Source of the DNA: Penicillus capitatus
Taxonomy: Eukaryota; Plantae; Chlorophyta
Reading direction: 5' to 3'
Assembly: GCA_965649825.1 (NCBI GenBank)
Contig: OZ287712.1
Coordinates: 248,001 to 312,000 of the forward strand
DNA: 64,000 bases
Below, in pieces: positions 48,070 through 61,725 of the stretch. Under the pieces are notes generated by a model. It did no database searches, had not been told where the DNA came from, and saw only the letters and a list, made by a program, of their open reading frames with translations. A program made the translations under genes and the position numbers. Positions within the stretch are counted from its first letter, which is position 1; each line of letters opens with the position of its first letter.

Positions 48070-51000
48070 CTGTCTTACAGTTATCCATCTGTAGAATTGG
48101 CGTTGCCCAACATGTGTGACCGACCGAGTCTTCATTTCTGGAACGACGCGCCATCGCCCAGTTCTTCCTTGACCGACGAACGGGAAGAATGTCGAAGGCT
48201 GATGCGCCGAAGGTCGCGGCCTTGCTGGCGTGGAGGATCGCAAATGCACCAGGCACGCCTTCTCATTCAAGAAATGTGTGTCTCGTCGAACAGGATTCCG
48301 ATGTCGAGTCCCTAAAATTGTCCGTAGCTCAGGCCTCCGCGCCTGCAGCGCCTTGGCTCGTACTCTTTTGCGAGCCAAGCGTGTCTTTCTTCTGCCGATA
48401 GGTATGCCGAGTTCGAATTTCCCGCATCTGCCGCGGCATCAGAAAGCACGGTGAGTATGTGAGGAGAGTGCGACGAGAACGAGGGTCCTCTTCGTCTCGC
48501 CGAGAGAGAATTCGCGCCGGCCGTTCTGCCAGGAGCGATTGGCGGTCCTGATGAAAGGACGCGCCGAGTCAGCGCTGTTTCTCGCATGGAAGGCAGCAAA
48601 CCGCCTGGCGATCGTGGCCATGAAGACGCCGTCGAACGCTTTTCCGATCGTCGCAGGTGGCACGCGTCGCGAAAGCGAGTTCGAAATACGGCTTCGATGC
48701 TCATTAAATCAAACATTAACAGGTAACCAGATTGTTTCAGAGTGTCATGCTAAATCTCCAGAACTCGTGCCAGAGAGAATACGGTCGGCTTCTCGTCCGT
48801 TAGGCGACGCGTTTAGTAGCAACTGCCAGTCGCCCAGCCTCGTTCCGTAACGTAGGTTGGATGGTATTGGAATCCCCTGCATCTACGGGCTCCCTGTTCG
48901 TAGTCCCATAAAAAAAGACCTACATAGAGCCAATCGCATTTGACACTCGACTGAAAAGATCCGACAACTAACCTTTTTCAAAACATACAAGTCTAATGCA
49001 ATCCTGTATACAATCTGCGCCACCCACAAATTCAGGGCAGGCGGTGCATCTGACATCGTAGCCTACACACACGACACCACATGAACAAAAGGTTTTGTCG
49101 CGCAGCTATTCATCCATACGGGTGAATGTGTTGGCGCGTCCTTCTTTCAAGAACAGTTTGCCGACAACGTGGCCACTCTCGTCGACGACCGACTCCGTGG
49201 TGGGGCGGTTAGCAGTCGCCTGCAAGAACACCAGACAGTCAGTCACCACTGAGGGTTGCTGTGGTTGGAGGGAATCTTGCTGCGCGGAGGCAGAGAAGGG
49301 CGGCGAAGACGAGCAGAACTGCGTTGGCAGACATAATGTTTCAGACGGAGTCCGAAGAACCTGGGAGAGACGGATGCACAAACGCGCAAAGGGAAGTGGC
49401 GATGGTCGAGAACTCTGCTGGAATTTATACCATGAAGCTACAGTTAGCGGTCTGAATCCAGGCAGCAGGCCAGAAGCGACGTGTCCGAATTCGGCAGTGC
49501 CTCGTTGGCCGACGAACGCATTTGCCAATTCGGTCGTATCCGTCGCCCGCGACCCTGCAGCTGCTGTTGCATTGAGAGTTTTCTGAGGATGCATTCGGCA
49601 ACAGCCACGATGTGACTTGCACTGGCGGCGCGCATGCGCCCAACGGTTAGCCTCCATTTCCCTCCCAGCGCGAACCGAGGTAGTCTGTCTGCGAAGGCGA
49701 AACGCGGACGACAGCCTTCCACGTTCTCTGCGGGACAAAGAGGGGCTAATATCTTTCTCAACGTAGACTGGGCCGACCGTCCGGACTCGAGGATGCAGTC
49801 GGTTGTTGCCATTTCGAGCCGATTCACAGCGACCGAGAATGGCTTGGGTGCCACGAACGAATGACTCCTCTCTCGCTGTCCACGGTGACGGACAAACAGG
49901 TCTAGGCGAGAAACACAACCGAGATGTACAGATGATTTGCGCCGCCCATTACCGACGTGTCACCTGCTCGAACGCTCGCCGTGGCGCGTAGGGAATGAAC
50001 ACTTTCCAGTCTATCCGTTCCGTCTGCTGCACTATAGCTCGCGCATCTTCGACGGAGGAATCGGCGTCGGAGAACAACGCATCCGTCCAGAAGGATGGAC
50101 AACGCGCTGAACTTCCGCTACCGTCCCCCGTTTACCAGCGCCCGTTTGCAGGCGAATACCTGGCTGTCTGTCCGTCCGAATCCAGAAGCGGTGTTAGCGA
50201 AGTGCCTTTTAACAGCCGGCGCGGTCACCCGTCCATCCGGTCGATGATGACGCCGTCCGCGCCAACGGACTCCGAGCAGCGCGACAACGCGTTCTCGCGT
50301 TCTCGGCGGACGAGAACGAACGTCTTGTCGCGTCGATTCGTCTTCCGCGCCATAAGCGCATCTCCCATGCAAATGAAACGAGAAAAATCGCGAATGAAGG
50401 CGTAGCACGTACACAGGGGATCGCGGACCAAGGTACCCCATGTACGAAGGTGCGGCGCACCGAGCACAACGGCCTTTTCTCAGACCACATTGCAGCTCTT
50501 TGGAGGCAGGGGACGGCGAATCCTCGGTTCTGTCGGAAACGCAGAGCCGATGTCTTGCGACGCGCGAAGACGACGAGGCTGGCATTCGATGTCTGTGGAC
50601 ACGCAAAGGTCATCTCACTGTAACCTGAACCAGACGTGTTCCAGTCAAGTCGGCACGCGACCTGCCGCGGGACTGTCGATTCCCGCATGTCGAGGGGGTG
50701 GTGGGTGGGAGTCGTTCAGCTGCGGCATGTAATGGCTGCTGACTAGTTCTTTCATCCTGCTCGGCGACATCAGCTTCGACGCACCTTGTCCGGTATCTAA
50801 ATCCGGAGTCTCAGCATTGCATGTGTTCTTTGTACAGGTAGGTCTTGTCTCTTGACAGTCCATTTGATTGTCGTACTTCGGTTGGGATCTGCCAAGAAGC
50901 TAGCTGTTTCGCCGAACAGGCGCATGATGGATCATGCAATCTCGTTCCCTACATTGGACCCAGAATCATCACTCTTCGTGCTCATACCTCGGTCGCGGTG

Positions 51001-53214
51001 TCACACATCCGTGTGACTCTGATAAGAACATGTGTCCACTCACACATGGCTGGCAACGTCCCTCATCTGGGTGGTCTCTTGTGACAGGCACCGCAGCCGG
51101 AGAGGGAGGTCGAAGAAGTCGCTAAGGATAGATCGAAGCAGATCGCGTCATGTGCGGTCGCCAAATATTTCATCTGACAGATGGATGGCCTCCTGACGAG
51201 CAGCGAAAGACAAGAGGCCCTCTCTCACTGACCGGAATCGCCGGACTCGACTCGCCTGTTCTTCATCGACAGTCAAGATTCGCACTGTCCTGTCGAGGGC
51301 AGGAATTCTGTCGCCGATCCCCTCATTGGATTGTCGTCGAAGAAACCTGTTTCTGGAGCAGTTGGGGATGGTATCCTCCTCGCTGGAGTGTCACGTGTGG
51401 CCATCTCACAGATCTCTGACGATCGGAGAGAGGACTTCTGTAGCCTTGGAGAGACAACGCATCAGATGATGCTGTGCTAAGTCACTCAGGTTCAGCGATG
51501 TGACAGGACCAGTCTCGTGTGTGAGTTCGTTCCTGCTTCAAGGGGGAGATCGCGGTATCGTTGTCCGAGCAAACAGCAAATGCGCATCTCGCGTGTGACT
51601 TTGACGACCTCTGGATCGCAGAGTCTCCGAATCCAGCAGATGATGTGACAACAGCAGCCGGATCGGAGCTTAGACTTCAGATGCAGAGAATCCCAACTGG
51701 TTGCCGGAGTCTGTGAGAATCCGTATCCGCTTGCAGTTGTAGAGAAGTCGAGCAGCCTCGATCAGACGCCGTCAGTGACCTCTGTCAGCGCGGGACGTGC
51801 CACCGGTCCTACCAGATAGAAGATGCGTGGAGGATCGACCTCAGAGTTCGATCTCATCGTCTCGGTTGGCAGCTCTCCTGCTCCAAGTGATGATGTCTGT
51901 CAGCAGCATGCCTGAACACCGCTATGCAAAGCATCCTTTTAAGATACAGCTGCACTCTTTCTCTGCACTCGCGATGAGATTTCACCTGGGCTCTTTCCCG
52001 GCCGAGGCAGTCAGTCGATCCGGCACCAGTTTCTACCCTGATCTATTTCTGGTCTGCTTGTCATGGATGCGGTGCTGTCACCGTATCATGACAGCAAACG
52101 CGTGCTGACACGTTTTCTGGCCTCGCCTTCGTGGATATCTCATTTATCTGGAGTCTGGTGCTTTCCTCCGACTTTCTTTCCTTTAACCTAACTGGCCCAA
52201 AAAAGCCTCCAGCTCCCAAAATTCTCGCGTCCAATTTCGGAAATAGACAACGATGTGACTGGATCCGGTGCGCGCGGCACCCACTTTACGGTTGGCGACC
52301 ATTCGCTCCCCGCCGCTGCGAAGGCGGTCGCTCCACGAAGCGGGAGCGTTGCCCTGTCCTCGCATGGCCACGACGGGAAGGAAAGGGAGCTGCGCTCACG
52401 CCTCTCATGAAGCACGCCGAGCGCTCGTGGTGCACCCTGCGCTGCTGTGTTTCTTCTCCTCGAACATACATAGCTTGTTAAAGGCAAACAGTCATTTATC
52501 AGAAAAGTGATGTTTGCAGTCAACTCGAGCGTCGGACGGAAATGTTAGCGACCGAGAGCAAGTTAGAGGATAAACAACAAACAAAGTTTCCAACCTCACG
52601 TGAAGCAACAGAACAAATTTCTTCGCATCCAAAATCGCATCTCCTGCCGTCTGAGAGGCAACGAAACAAATCATTTGGAAACCACTTGTACAATTCGCTC
52701 AGAAAAAAGGAATTCCTTACGATATAAGAGTTGAACTTCCGCTTGTGCGGTCATTCTATCACAAAATAGCTATTGGTTTCTTTGATTGTGTCGACACTTG
52801 CGTCACGGATGTCTTGGTACTGTCCTCGTCGCTACTGAAGTATCAATTATTTAAGCATCTTCGTCGCTGTCGTGGAAAGAGGCCACGACCAAACAACACC
52901 TGACACGTTTGCGGAAAGCCGTGACTAGATCGTCTAGAACACGAGGCGTCCAATCGCGGTTTCTATGCCTACAAAGGAGTTAAACCAAAACATGTGCGTC
53001 TTACAATGTCACCAAGATACTGCATATACATACAACGCGTTTTTAGTCCACATCCGTCGCCTTTTTGCACAAGGTCCCGTTTGCAACAACTCCGAGTCAA
53101 CCATCAACTTGACAATAGATATACGCTTGACCCACGCGCCAAAAGTCTTCCAATTCGCCATTACTTCTTACCCTATCTTTGTTTCCTGTCTTGTGCTGTC
53201 GGGCGGTTTCGAAG

Positions 53215-54252
53215 CTAAGGATCGATACCGAACCTCAAGTCGGTATCAGACAAGAGTATTCTATGGGGCGACTGAAAGGTGCATGCAACGATGGCCCTCT
53301 GCACTCCCGGTGGGTACCCTTCGACAACGACCGTCAGTATCTCTTCTCTCAGGGGAAAAGCAGGAAACTCGAACTCCTGAATGTGTAGGGCGTCACGTGT
53401 ATAGGCGGCAAGGACAGCTTCACTATTCGGCGAAGGAGGGAATACAAGAGACGTCCCATCATCCAAGAACACGGTCACCTTCCACCCTCCCGGCTCCGTC
53501 CCTTCCTCCCTAGAAGGCACGCATTCCGGCGGGAGCTTCGATCGGGACGTCGGCACAGTGGATCGTCTAACGGAACGGTAGACAGCATTTCGCAACGGAA
53601 CACAAGAGATGGGGAGCGGTCCATGAACGCCGTTGCCGCCTCTTGGGAGAGTGATGCATCTCGCAGCCTCCTTATGAGCGGTACCGCCTGCATCAACTGT
53701 CCACCGAAGGCCTCATTGACCTCGAGGTCACAGTCATGACTGAAGCGCAAGCAAGTGTGCCTTACTGGTATGAAGTAGAACCTGAACACGTCTTCTGTTC
53801 CTGGACGCATTTTCAGCGACATCCACCAATCCTCATCTTCCCATGTATCTACACAGTGCTGAAGGCATGTCTCTTGGCCGTCCAGAGGACGCACGTGTGC
53901 AAAGCTGCCTGCTCTGTGTGACCATTCCTCGAGGAGCGTCTTTGGTCACCCACCAGTCCGTTGGTGGGTTCCACTCGTATCTCCTCTCGAGGCGCAGAGC
54001 TTCGTAAGAGGTATCCCGAAGCAGGTTGCGTTCAAAAATCGAGTGATAGCGTCGCAAAGGCGAATTGGTGGCCGAGCATCCATCCTTCAGAAGCTGGAAC
54101 AGTGGCAGCGGGATATTGCGATGGAGTTCGAACAGCGCAACGTCTTTCCATTTGTGACACACGAGCAACGCACTCTGCACCAGTTCCTGAACGGTTAAGT
54201 GCCGGAACACACGGGTCAATACGCCGTCGTTCAACAAAACGGACTCCATCGT
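53215..54252 (-). CDS. F-box protein with FBA-like domain
   Basis: N-terminal F-box (LNDGVLTRVFRHL..LVCHKWKD), RNLLR and GYPPGV motifs. Exon joins are inferred. Confidence 0.6.
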
Positions 54253-55353
54253 CCACGCCAAACAGTCCATTCGTGCGTCCGTACAGCCGCTGAGCTGTCT
54301 GCTGCGGATAGGACACGGTCTTCTTTCGCTGCGAATTTGTATCCTCTACGTAAAGGCCAACCCATCTCCGACAGTTCAGTTCTATATGCGACATACCTGT
54401 GCCGAGCACGGTGGTCAAGGAGTGAAGGTGAGTACCGACATGGGAGCGCGTGTCTTGGTTCTTGACTTGAAGGTCGAGGCGTCATTTTTCGTTGTCTGTA
54501 AACGACGGTGTGAGCATCGTGGGCGACGTTGTTCAAGGTATCGCATCTGTACGACGATCATCTACCTGAGTCGCCATGTTTGTCTTCCGAACTGGTGACC
54601 GTATCATTTGACGAAAAAGACTCTGATCAGACGCGTCGACGAACGGCCAACGCCCACGCGCCAACCAAACACCGTCACAAGGTAGAATCGTTTTTCGTTC
54701 CGTCTTTTACGTCGAGTTCGTCCATTCAAGACAGTTAGTGCATTCAGAACGGCCCTCAAGACCTTCCTTCCGCATGTGCGTCGTTGCTTGTACAGCACGC
54801 AGCGGAAGAATTCTGCCTCTCTTGACACAGAGGGTTCAGATGCCTACAGACAGAGACGCACTGTCTAATACTCGATGCGAGTGTCGAAGCTATTCGTTAT
54901 TGGATCGCGCAAGTGCACGTCAACCTTAGAGATACACGAAACCGAACGTCACAGGCTCATGGCTGTCAGCACAGGGACAGATTCGGCAGGCGGCTCGGAA
55001 AAGCGCGAAATACAGACAGGCATCAGCGAGTGGATAGTCTACAGAAGATGACGTCGCTCGCGCGAACAGATAACCCTACGAGCTCCGTTGGGTGGCGGTC
55101 GTCACATCAAACGACGATTCAAACTGCGTCCGCCTGCCGCATGAACCGTCAAATCATATAAACTTCGCTTTGTCATCCTTACGTATGATATTGGTGTGAG
55201 GTGCCGTTGCCCTTTGGCGTTGTTGTATCTGCTTGTTTAACATACACGTTACTCGAATCGAAGCGAAGGCTGAACGGCGCGTCTGCGTTACAGAAGTCTC
55301 CTTTTCCATTTCGTTCCCTTGTCTTGGGTTTCACGAGTTGCTCCGTAACGGAG

Positions 55354-56502
55354 ATGGCCACAGCGACGAAGAAATGCGTAACCTGTGGCGGTGATGTCAA
55401 CGGGTGCGTCAACAGGATTCCTGTAACCCTGTGCTGTGCCCACTGCTGCGAGACGAGGCTGGCGGAAGGCCAACGACCCGTCGTGCCCAAATCAACGGCC
55501 ATGGAACTCTACCGATGCAGAAAGGAAGACTTGCAGCGTCTCTCCCATCTGCCGGCGAACAGTGGCGGCGCGTGCTGCCTTGGCGACTACTATCTCACTG
55601 CCGAAGTACGATACCTTGGCAGTCTTCGAAAAGCCGCGGAGATGAAGCTGCTGGAGGAGCTGGAGGAGAAAAGACGTCAGGAGCTGCTGGAGAAAAGGGA
55701 GGAAGCGTTGAGGAGTTTAGGCATGGAGAAAAGAGAGTTTGACAGTGAGACCAATAAGACGCTCATGATTTTTCTCCTCGGAGATTTTCTGAGACAGCGA
55801 CATCCGAATGTCCGCCTAACAGAGCTCAAGGCTCGGTATGCTGCCATATCTCGAGTGCGCGAGGTTTTGCACAAGTGCTGTGGAGCGCATCCCGGTGCCG
55901 CTTTCGACTTTTGTGTCCAGAATCCAGACGCTGGCCCTGCTGAATTTCAGGAGCTGAAGGACAAGATGCGAAAAGTGTTCCGCATGGAGGGCGAAAGAAT
56001 CTTCCGTTATCTCACGCGATCCGAGCGTCTCGGTCTGCGGAGAACACCTCTCCGAGAAGACGTCTTCCACAGTGACGTCGGGAGAAACGGAATTCGACGG
56101 TGTCTTGTAGCGAGGGTAGGCAGAGAACGGGCGGAGGAGATTTTGGACCACCCGGACAGTCAGAGACGCATCTGTCGTGGTGGCGAAGAATCTAAAGTGG
56201 CCACAAAACTGCTGGAGTTCTGGAACGAGAGATGCGACCCGGAGGAAAGGCGTCAGAGACTGAAGGCGGCGTTTGCCGAGAGAGGACGGTCTATGCAGTC
56301 CAGCATGCCTCAATGCCAGCAGTACATTGCGGGGACGGTGGATTACGACCCCGAAGAGCTCATTCTTTTGGACACGGTACAGTGGAAATCGCACAGGCGA
56401 CGCGGCTACAGTTTGTTCAGCGACAGAGTCCGTGCCTTGGAGCACCGTGTCACACGTGTCTTCTGTACAGAGTGGGCGGGGTACCATCGATTCTCTCTTT
56501 AA
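55354..56502 (+). CDS. Intronless protein with N-terminal CxxC..CxxC finger and XPA-like helical domain
   Basis: CVTC...CAHC, VPKSTAMELYRCRKEDL..YYLTAEV; paralogue at 59471. Confidence 0.75.
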   Translation: MATATKKCVTCGGDVNGCVNRIPVTLCCAHCCETRLAEGQRPVVPKSTAMELYRCRKEDLQRLSHLPANSGGACCLGDYYLTAEVRYLGSLRKAAEMKLLEELEEKRRQELLEKREEALRSLGMEKREFDSETNKTLMIFLLGDFLRQRHPNVRLTELKARYAAISRVREVLHKCCGAHPGAAFDFCVQNPDAGPAEFQELKDKMRKVFRMEGERIFRYLTRSERLGLRRTPLREDVFHSDVGRNGIRRCLVARVGRERAEEILDHPDSQRRICRGGEESKVATKLLEFWNERCDPEERRQRLKAAFAERGRSMQSSMPQCQQYIAGTVDYDPEELILLDTVQWKSHRRRGYSLFSDRVRALEHRVTRVFCTEWAGYHRFSL

Positions 56503-59470
56503 TCAAGGCGCTTTGTATGTCTCTGTGTGAAGCACGAGTGGATGGATGGCTCCTCGGAAACTGAACGATATTTGTTCTAGCATGTCCCATCCTGGCCATG
56601 CGCCGTTGCTAAGGACGGTTGGCGCATCGTTTATAAAATCTTTTGCCTTGCCGCCGGCGAAAAGTGGACAATTGCTCCTATTTAGAATAATCCCATTTGC
56701 TGAATCAAAATGGACGTGCTTTCACGCTTGCTTGATAAGTTGTTAACGTGACCCTTAATGCCATGTAATGCTTCGAAAGATTCTCGGCAAAGGAACGCAT
56801 GCAGCCCTGGAGCGCGCTCGTCGTTTAGTGACCCTTCCTCGCTTCCAGTTCAGCTCGACTTGAGAAATTCGCTATGCATGCGGAAGCCAGTTCGATGACT
56901 CGGAGGAGGGCAAAGACGATAAGTAACAATAGGCGACCGTATACGGTCTGGCGTTTAGGTGCTGATGCAGCATGGTCGGTACCAAAATGACCTTCGACGC
57001 ATTGTCTACCTACCGTCTCTATCCTGGTTTTATTGCAATAGGCGCAGCGTTTGAGTCTTTCGCTAACTCGTCACCATGTCTTGCTCTTCATCCCATCTCC
57101 GTATCTAGTACAGTTCGATGAGTCTGTCCCGAAATCGTATTTATATGACATTCATGTTTAAAGGTAGACATATCCATACCCGGAATGCATTAGAGCATTT
57201 CTTCGGGTGGGCATTCACCACTAATGGAGAAAGCTGTCCATGACCGTCCTATCAACGTCGACTCAATTTGTATTGCTGATGGGACAAGTAGCGCAAGGCC
57301 TTTTCGTCGAAGCAGCAATAGTTGCGCGCAAGGCTAGGCTTCGGCATAGCGGACTTCACCATCCCTTGCTCGAATAGATGAAGATAGAAAACAAACAGCG
57401 CCTTACTGACAAGAGGGTGCTTATCAAACATATCGTCCGATCCCATACCTGTCACCGGCGCCGCGCTCAGACGAACTACACAGCGGAAGGCTTTGTTGTG
57501 TTTACAGAGCAGGTAAAGAATGGTTTAGACTGTCACTTATGTACTCGCATGGTGACGTGACTTCCCTAGGCAGATGACTAATCCTGCTGCCGGAACCACA
57601 GACAAAGGTCTTAGACGCACTTTAACCTCGTCTGACAAGACATTCAACGCCCCCTGAGCAAATGATCCCCTTCGCAACAAGACAGTCACATCGACAAAGG
57701 AAAATCTTGGCGACAATACCGTCCACAAGGCGAGCGCATTTGGTGCGTATCTCCGGAAACGTTGTTCTGAAGAATTACTTACGTCGAGGTAGAATGCCAC
57801 AAACACAGAGATGGATTACAAACGAGACAGAATTTGATACAGGGGTGCGGATAAGTATCTAGGTGTTGATGTGACCCAGAAGGGGACAGCTGTCCAGATG
57901 GTACGACGGCGAAGCTACAACTGTCCCCTACGACAACTTACGATCAAAATCATCTTGAAAAAATGAACATTAAAAACGGACGCGCATGATGACAGATTTG
58001 TAACTGCGTTCTGTACGTTTCTGCATACGAACAGCAAACCGCAAACGCGCATTGCTTCAACTTTCCGAACGAATCTCACAGCACCGTCGAATGTGGAACA
58101 TCACGGTGTGAGAAACAACAGTCGCTATGACTGACGCCCATATCAACGCAACTCGAAGAAGAAACATTGGACCGACGCGGAAAACGGGCACTCGAACAAT
58201 CGATCTTTTGAAGACAGACAATCATCCGCACAAAAAATGGAGATCTTATAGCGTCGGTCTCTAATTGCCTCATGTCGCCCATTTCACACGGAGACTTGTC
58301 TACATCAAACGACCGATGAGCGAATCCAACGCCGATTCTCGTCCGCTTTCATGAATCGGACTTAATCTTCGCAGTTGCGATCAACTCCTTCCTGGTGCGG
58401 TTTCGAAGATTGGACTCTTTTAGAAACGACAGCCTTGATCCGGTCTTCCGAAGTCTTCTTTGTTCGTTTGTTCGCTTTTAGTCACTTCGCATTCGAACGA
58501 CGCAGAAGCATCTGGAAGCTACACTGATTCCTGTCGATCTCCGCGTGACGTAACCACGTCCTTCCGATGTCAGTTGTTTACGTACGTAGTATCGAACTGC
58601 GAGTGGTCGTTGCGGAGACTTTTGCGCGACGGCTGTCATCTTTTTACGTTCCCAGGCATTTCTTATCAGAATGAACTGACACTAGCAAAGCTGCTGTCGC
58701 CTTCGACGGAATGTATAAAGCCACATAAACAGCGTAGACAACCCAAACCAAAAAAGTGTTAACTTACTACTTGCCAGTGAACAAGGCATCTTGCCCTTAC
58801 AATCGATTTTCTGCGACGCCATATTGTATGTCGTTAGCACAGATGACAACGTTCCCGAACTGCCCGAACTTCGATCGACGTCAGGACGCAGATTTCGTAG
58901 GAGGGATGACGTTCGTCCATACGCGGCACATTCGATATGGGTCACGATTTTGATCCTTTGTCAAACAGAGCATTTCTTTCGCCTCTCTCCATCGCGTTCT
59001 TCCTACCTCCCACTGAAATCGCCATCCAACACAGCGGCAATCGTCATCCAACCTCGACGACAGAACAGATGTCTTCTGGATCATCATCCAAGAGTTGCAT
59101 CTGAACATCCCCTCACTGTAACCGCGACGGGCGATGAAGTCGCGTACCCGTACGGCGCATCACGTGCGTTCGACTCTGTTCAAGTGAATACGCGATTCGC
59201 CAGAGAATGCAGAAGCGCGTGATGCGTCCTGCGACGTTCCTACACGTACGTCATTCTGGCGGCCAATCTCGGCACGACCATGCAGACGAATCGTCGTCAA
59301 ATGTATACCGCCTCGGACGCGTTGCCGTTCTCTCTGACTGAAGCACAGGCGAGGTATTGTCTCGCTGTTGACGTGCCGCTAACCGACGTCATATCTCGTC
59401 TTCATTGCCGAATGGAAATCGTCTCGACTGTTTTGCTTTAGTCTCGCCGGTGTTTCCCTCGCTAGAATTT

Positions 59471-60448
59471 ATGGAACCGCACGGGGAACCGAAGACATGC
59501 GCGAGATGCGGCGGAAGTGTCGTGGGCAATTTTCGAGGTCTCAAACTGACGGTCTGCTGTGCGGATTGCTGCGAGAAGGCGAGAAGGGAATCGGGATTCT
59601 ATTGTGTCTCATGGAGAGAAGCACTTAACCAATTCCACTGTCGCGTGAAGGACCTCAAACTCCTGGTCTGCAAGAAAAAGGACACGCCCAGCTGTCGCTG
59701 CTACCGAAACAACTATTACCTTCTCGCCGAAGTGCAACAGTTGGGACGACTGAGGAAAGCAGAGCACAAACCAAAACAGTCCGTGCGGTATGGGATACAG
59801 GACGAGGTGCTGACAAGAAGAAAGCAGAACCTGTTGAAATCGTTGAATCTCGATCTGCGCGATTTCCTGGACGAGCGAAACCGAACGCTGATGATCTTTT
59901 TGATCGGCGACTATCTTCGCCGATGGAAGTCGCAGACGAAGCTCGAAGATGTCAAGAAGAGATGGAAGGCGCTGCCACGTGTTCGCGAGATTCTGCAGAG
60001 CTGTCCGAAAGCCCACCCCGGCGCCGTCTTCGATTTCTGCGTCGCCCATCCGCAATCCGGGGCGACTGAGTTTCGGCAGCTCAAAACGAAGATCCGTTCG
60101 GTGTTCTATACCGAGAGCAGAAAGATTCTGAGCCATCTCAGCCGTAAAGACCTGACGGCACTGGTGAACACGCCACTGAGGGATGAGTACATGGACTACT
60201 GTACCGGAGATACCCGGTCGACCATCGAAGGGCACCTTTTGCAAATTGTCAGTCCAGATCTCGCCTACGATATCATGAACCGTCCTGACTGGCCGGAACG
60301 CGATCTCTGTAGCGGCGAATACGAATTGCGTGATGCCAAGAGACGGTGTCCATCGTCCGAAAAGGGAAGGGAAGATCTGGAGAAGGCGTTTGTTGACAGA
60401 GGACTCTCGTCGCGTCTATGGTCGAGTCGATGGCAGAAGTATCAGTGA
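59471..60448 (+). CDS. Paralogue of the 55354 protein
   Basis: CARC...CADC, YYLLAEV, TLMIFLIGDYLR and AHPGAVFDFCV are shared blocks; shorter C-terminus. Confidence 0.75.
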   Translation: MEPHGEPKTCARCGGSVVGNFRGLKLTVCCADCCEKARRESGFYCVSWREALNQFHCRVKDLKLLVCKKKDTPSCRCYRNNYYLLAEVQQLGRLRKAEHKPKQSVRYGIQDEVLTRRKQNLLKSLNLDLRDFLDERNRTLMIFLIGDYLRRWKSQTKLEDVKKRWKALPRVREILQSCPKAHPGAVFDFCVAHPQSGATEFRQLKTKIRSVFYTESRKILSHLSRKDLTALVNTPLRDEYMDYCTGDTRSTIEGHLLQIVSPDLAYDIMNRPDWPERDLCSGEYELRDAKRRCPSSEKGREDLEKAFVDRGLSSRLWSSRWQKYQ

Positions 60449-61725
60449 GAGCGAACCAGCGTCGAACGTTGGCGCACAAGCGCCATCCACTGTGCCGTTT
60501 AATGACTCTGTCGCTTTGGGCGCTGGCTAACGTAAGGTGGTTGGTCGCTTGACGTTGCACTTAAATAGATGTCTGTAATATACGACAACAGGCGAAGGGG
60601 AGGCTGTCACGATTGCATTTGGGTACGTATGGAATATGTGTGTGCGTGACAGGAAATGATGGATTTTCTGTGGGGGGGGCGTTTTCCATTGGAGATCTTT
60701 GCGGTGTGTCAAATTCAAACACGAAGAGACCGGCGGATTTGAAACATAGTAGTATGCGTATTTCTTTGCGTCGACGTTGTACACGCTCCGCCGATTGGAT
60801 CGGAGCATGATGTGACATTTAGTATGCTTTTATTCACTGGACAAACCGGCCATCGATGTCTCTACTCTTCGCGATCGCCATCTCTACTGGATTAACGAAG
60901 CAGATCGGTCGAACTCGGATGAAACTCTGTGAAGCAGCGACGTCTCTTCGTTGTTTTGGACCGGAAGCCCGATCAGAGAACACGCGTGATGTGCTCAGCA
61001 TCGCTGATTCGTTGTCGCTAAACGTCACATCAGCGGATGCTGATGGAGCACATGTCATTCTAAGGTGATATACCCTCCCTGATACAATCCCTTTTGGCGC
61101 ACCGGCAGCATGAAGGCGTATAGGTAGGTGCACAGAGCTTACTAATATCGACGCGATGCGTAGATACAATGCCGCTTCTTAATAACGAAGCTGCTGAGTA
61201 GTTTTGTCGGAAACGAGGGTCGATCTGTTTTGTCGCGTTTCGGTTTGGAGGACGCCGAGTGGCTTCTCTCTTCATTCTGTGCATTGTCTGTCTTCGCGAT
61301 CTCTCAATTCTGAACAGCGGACTTTTGTGACGCGTTTTGCTCCATATCGTTCAGACTTTTATCCAGAAAGGGACGACGCGTCGCTCAAGGGTTCGTAAAG
61401 AGAAAGTACCATCGAACAGAAAACGTCGTCGGTGTGAAATGCCGTCAGTCCAGAGTCCTGTCGAATACTCCATCGGCGAGATCCGCGAGGCCGCTGTGCT
61501 TCCTGACCGCAACATCCAGCAACAACAGATGCGTTTAACCAACCATCGTCCGAGCTCAACTGTTCATCACAAATCTTCTTGGATAATCACGTAAGTCATT
61601 TATTGGAGACACTCCCACTCTATCCTACTCCTTTTCGACCATGGAGGGCGTTTGTCTGTCGGACTGTGCGACATGACGATGCGTATGTGATTGTTCGAAG
61701 GTTGTTGTTATTTTGAAGAAGTGAC

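Larger units (their letters stand above)
44864..52430. repeat. Repeat R, copy 3 (longest; includes the GPX gene absent from copy 2)
   Basis: Colinear with 13278-18320 apart from extra segments 45068-45612 and ~46375-48322. Confidence 0.85.

Noticed and set aside
50850-51480. TGA recoding in the repeat's protein-like minus frame
   Set aside because: Several TGA stops are shared between copies, but frameshifts and TAG/TAA stops also occur. Ordinary pseudogene decay is simpler.
56550-59300. Hidden gene in the spacer between the XPA-like paralogues
   Set aside because: Only short, stop-interrupted, protein-like patches; no family recognised.
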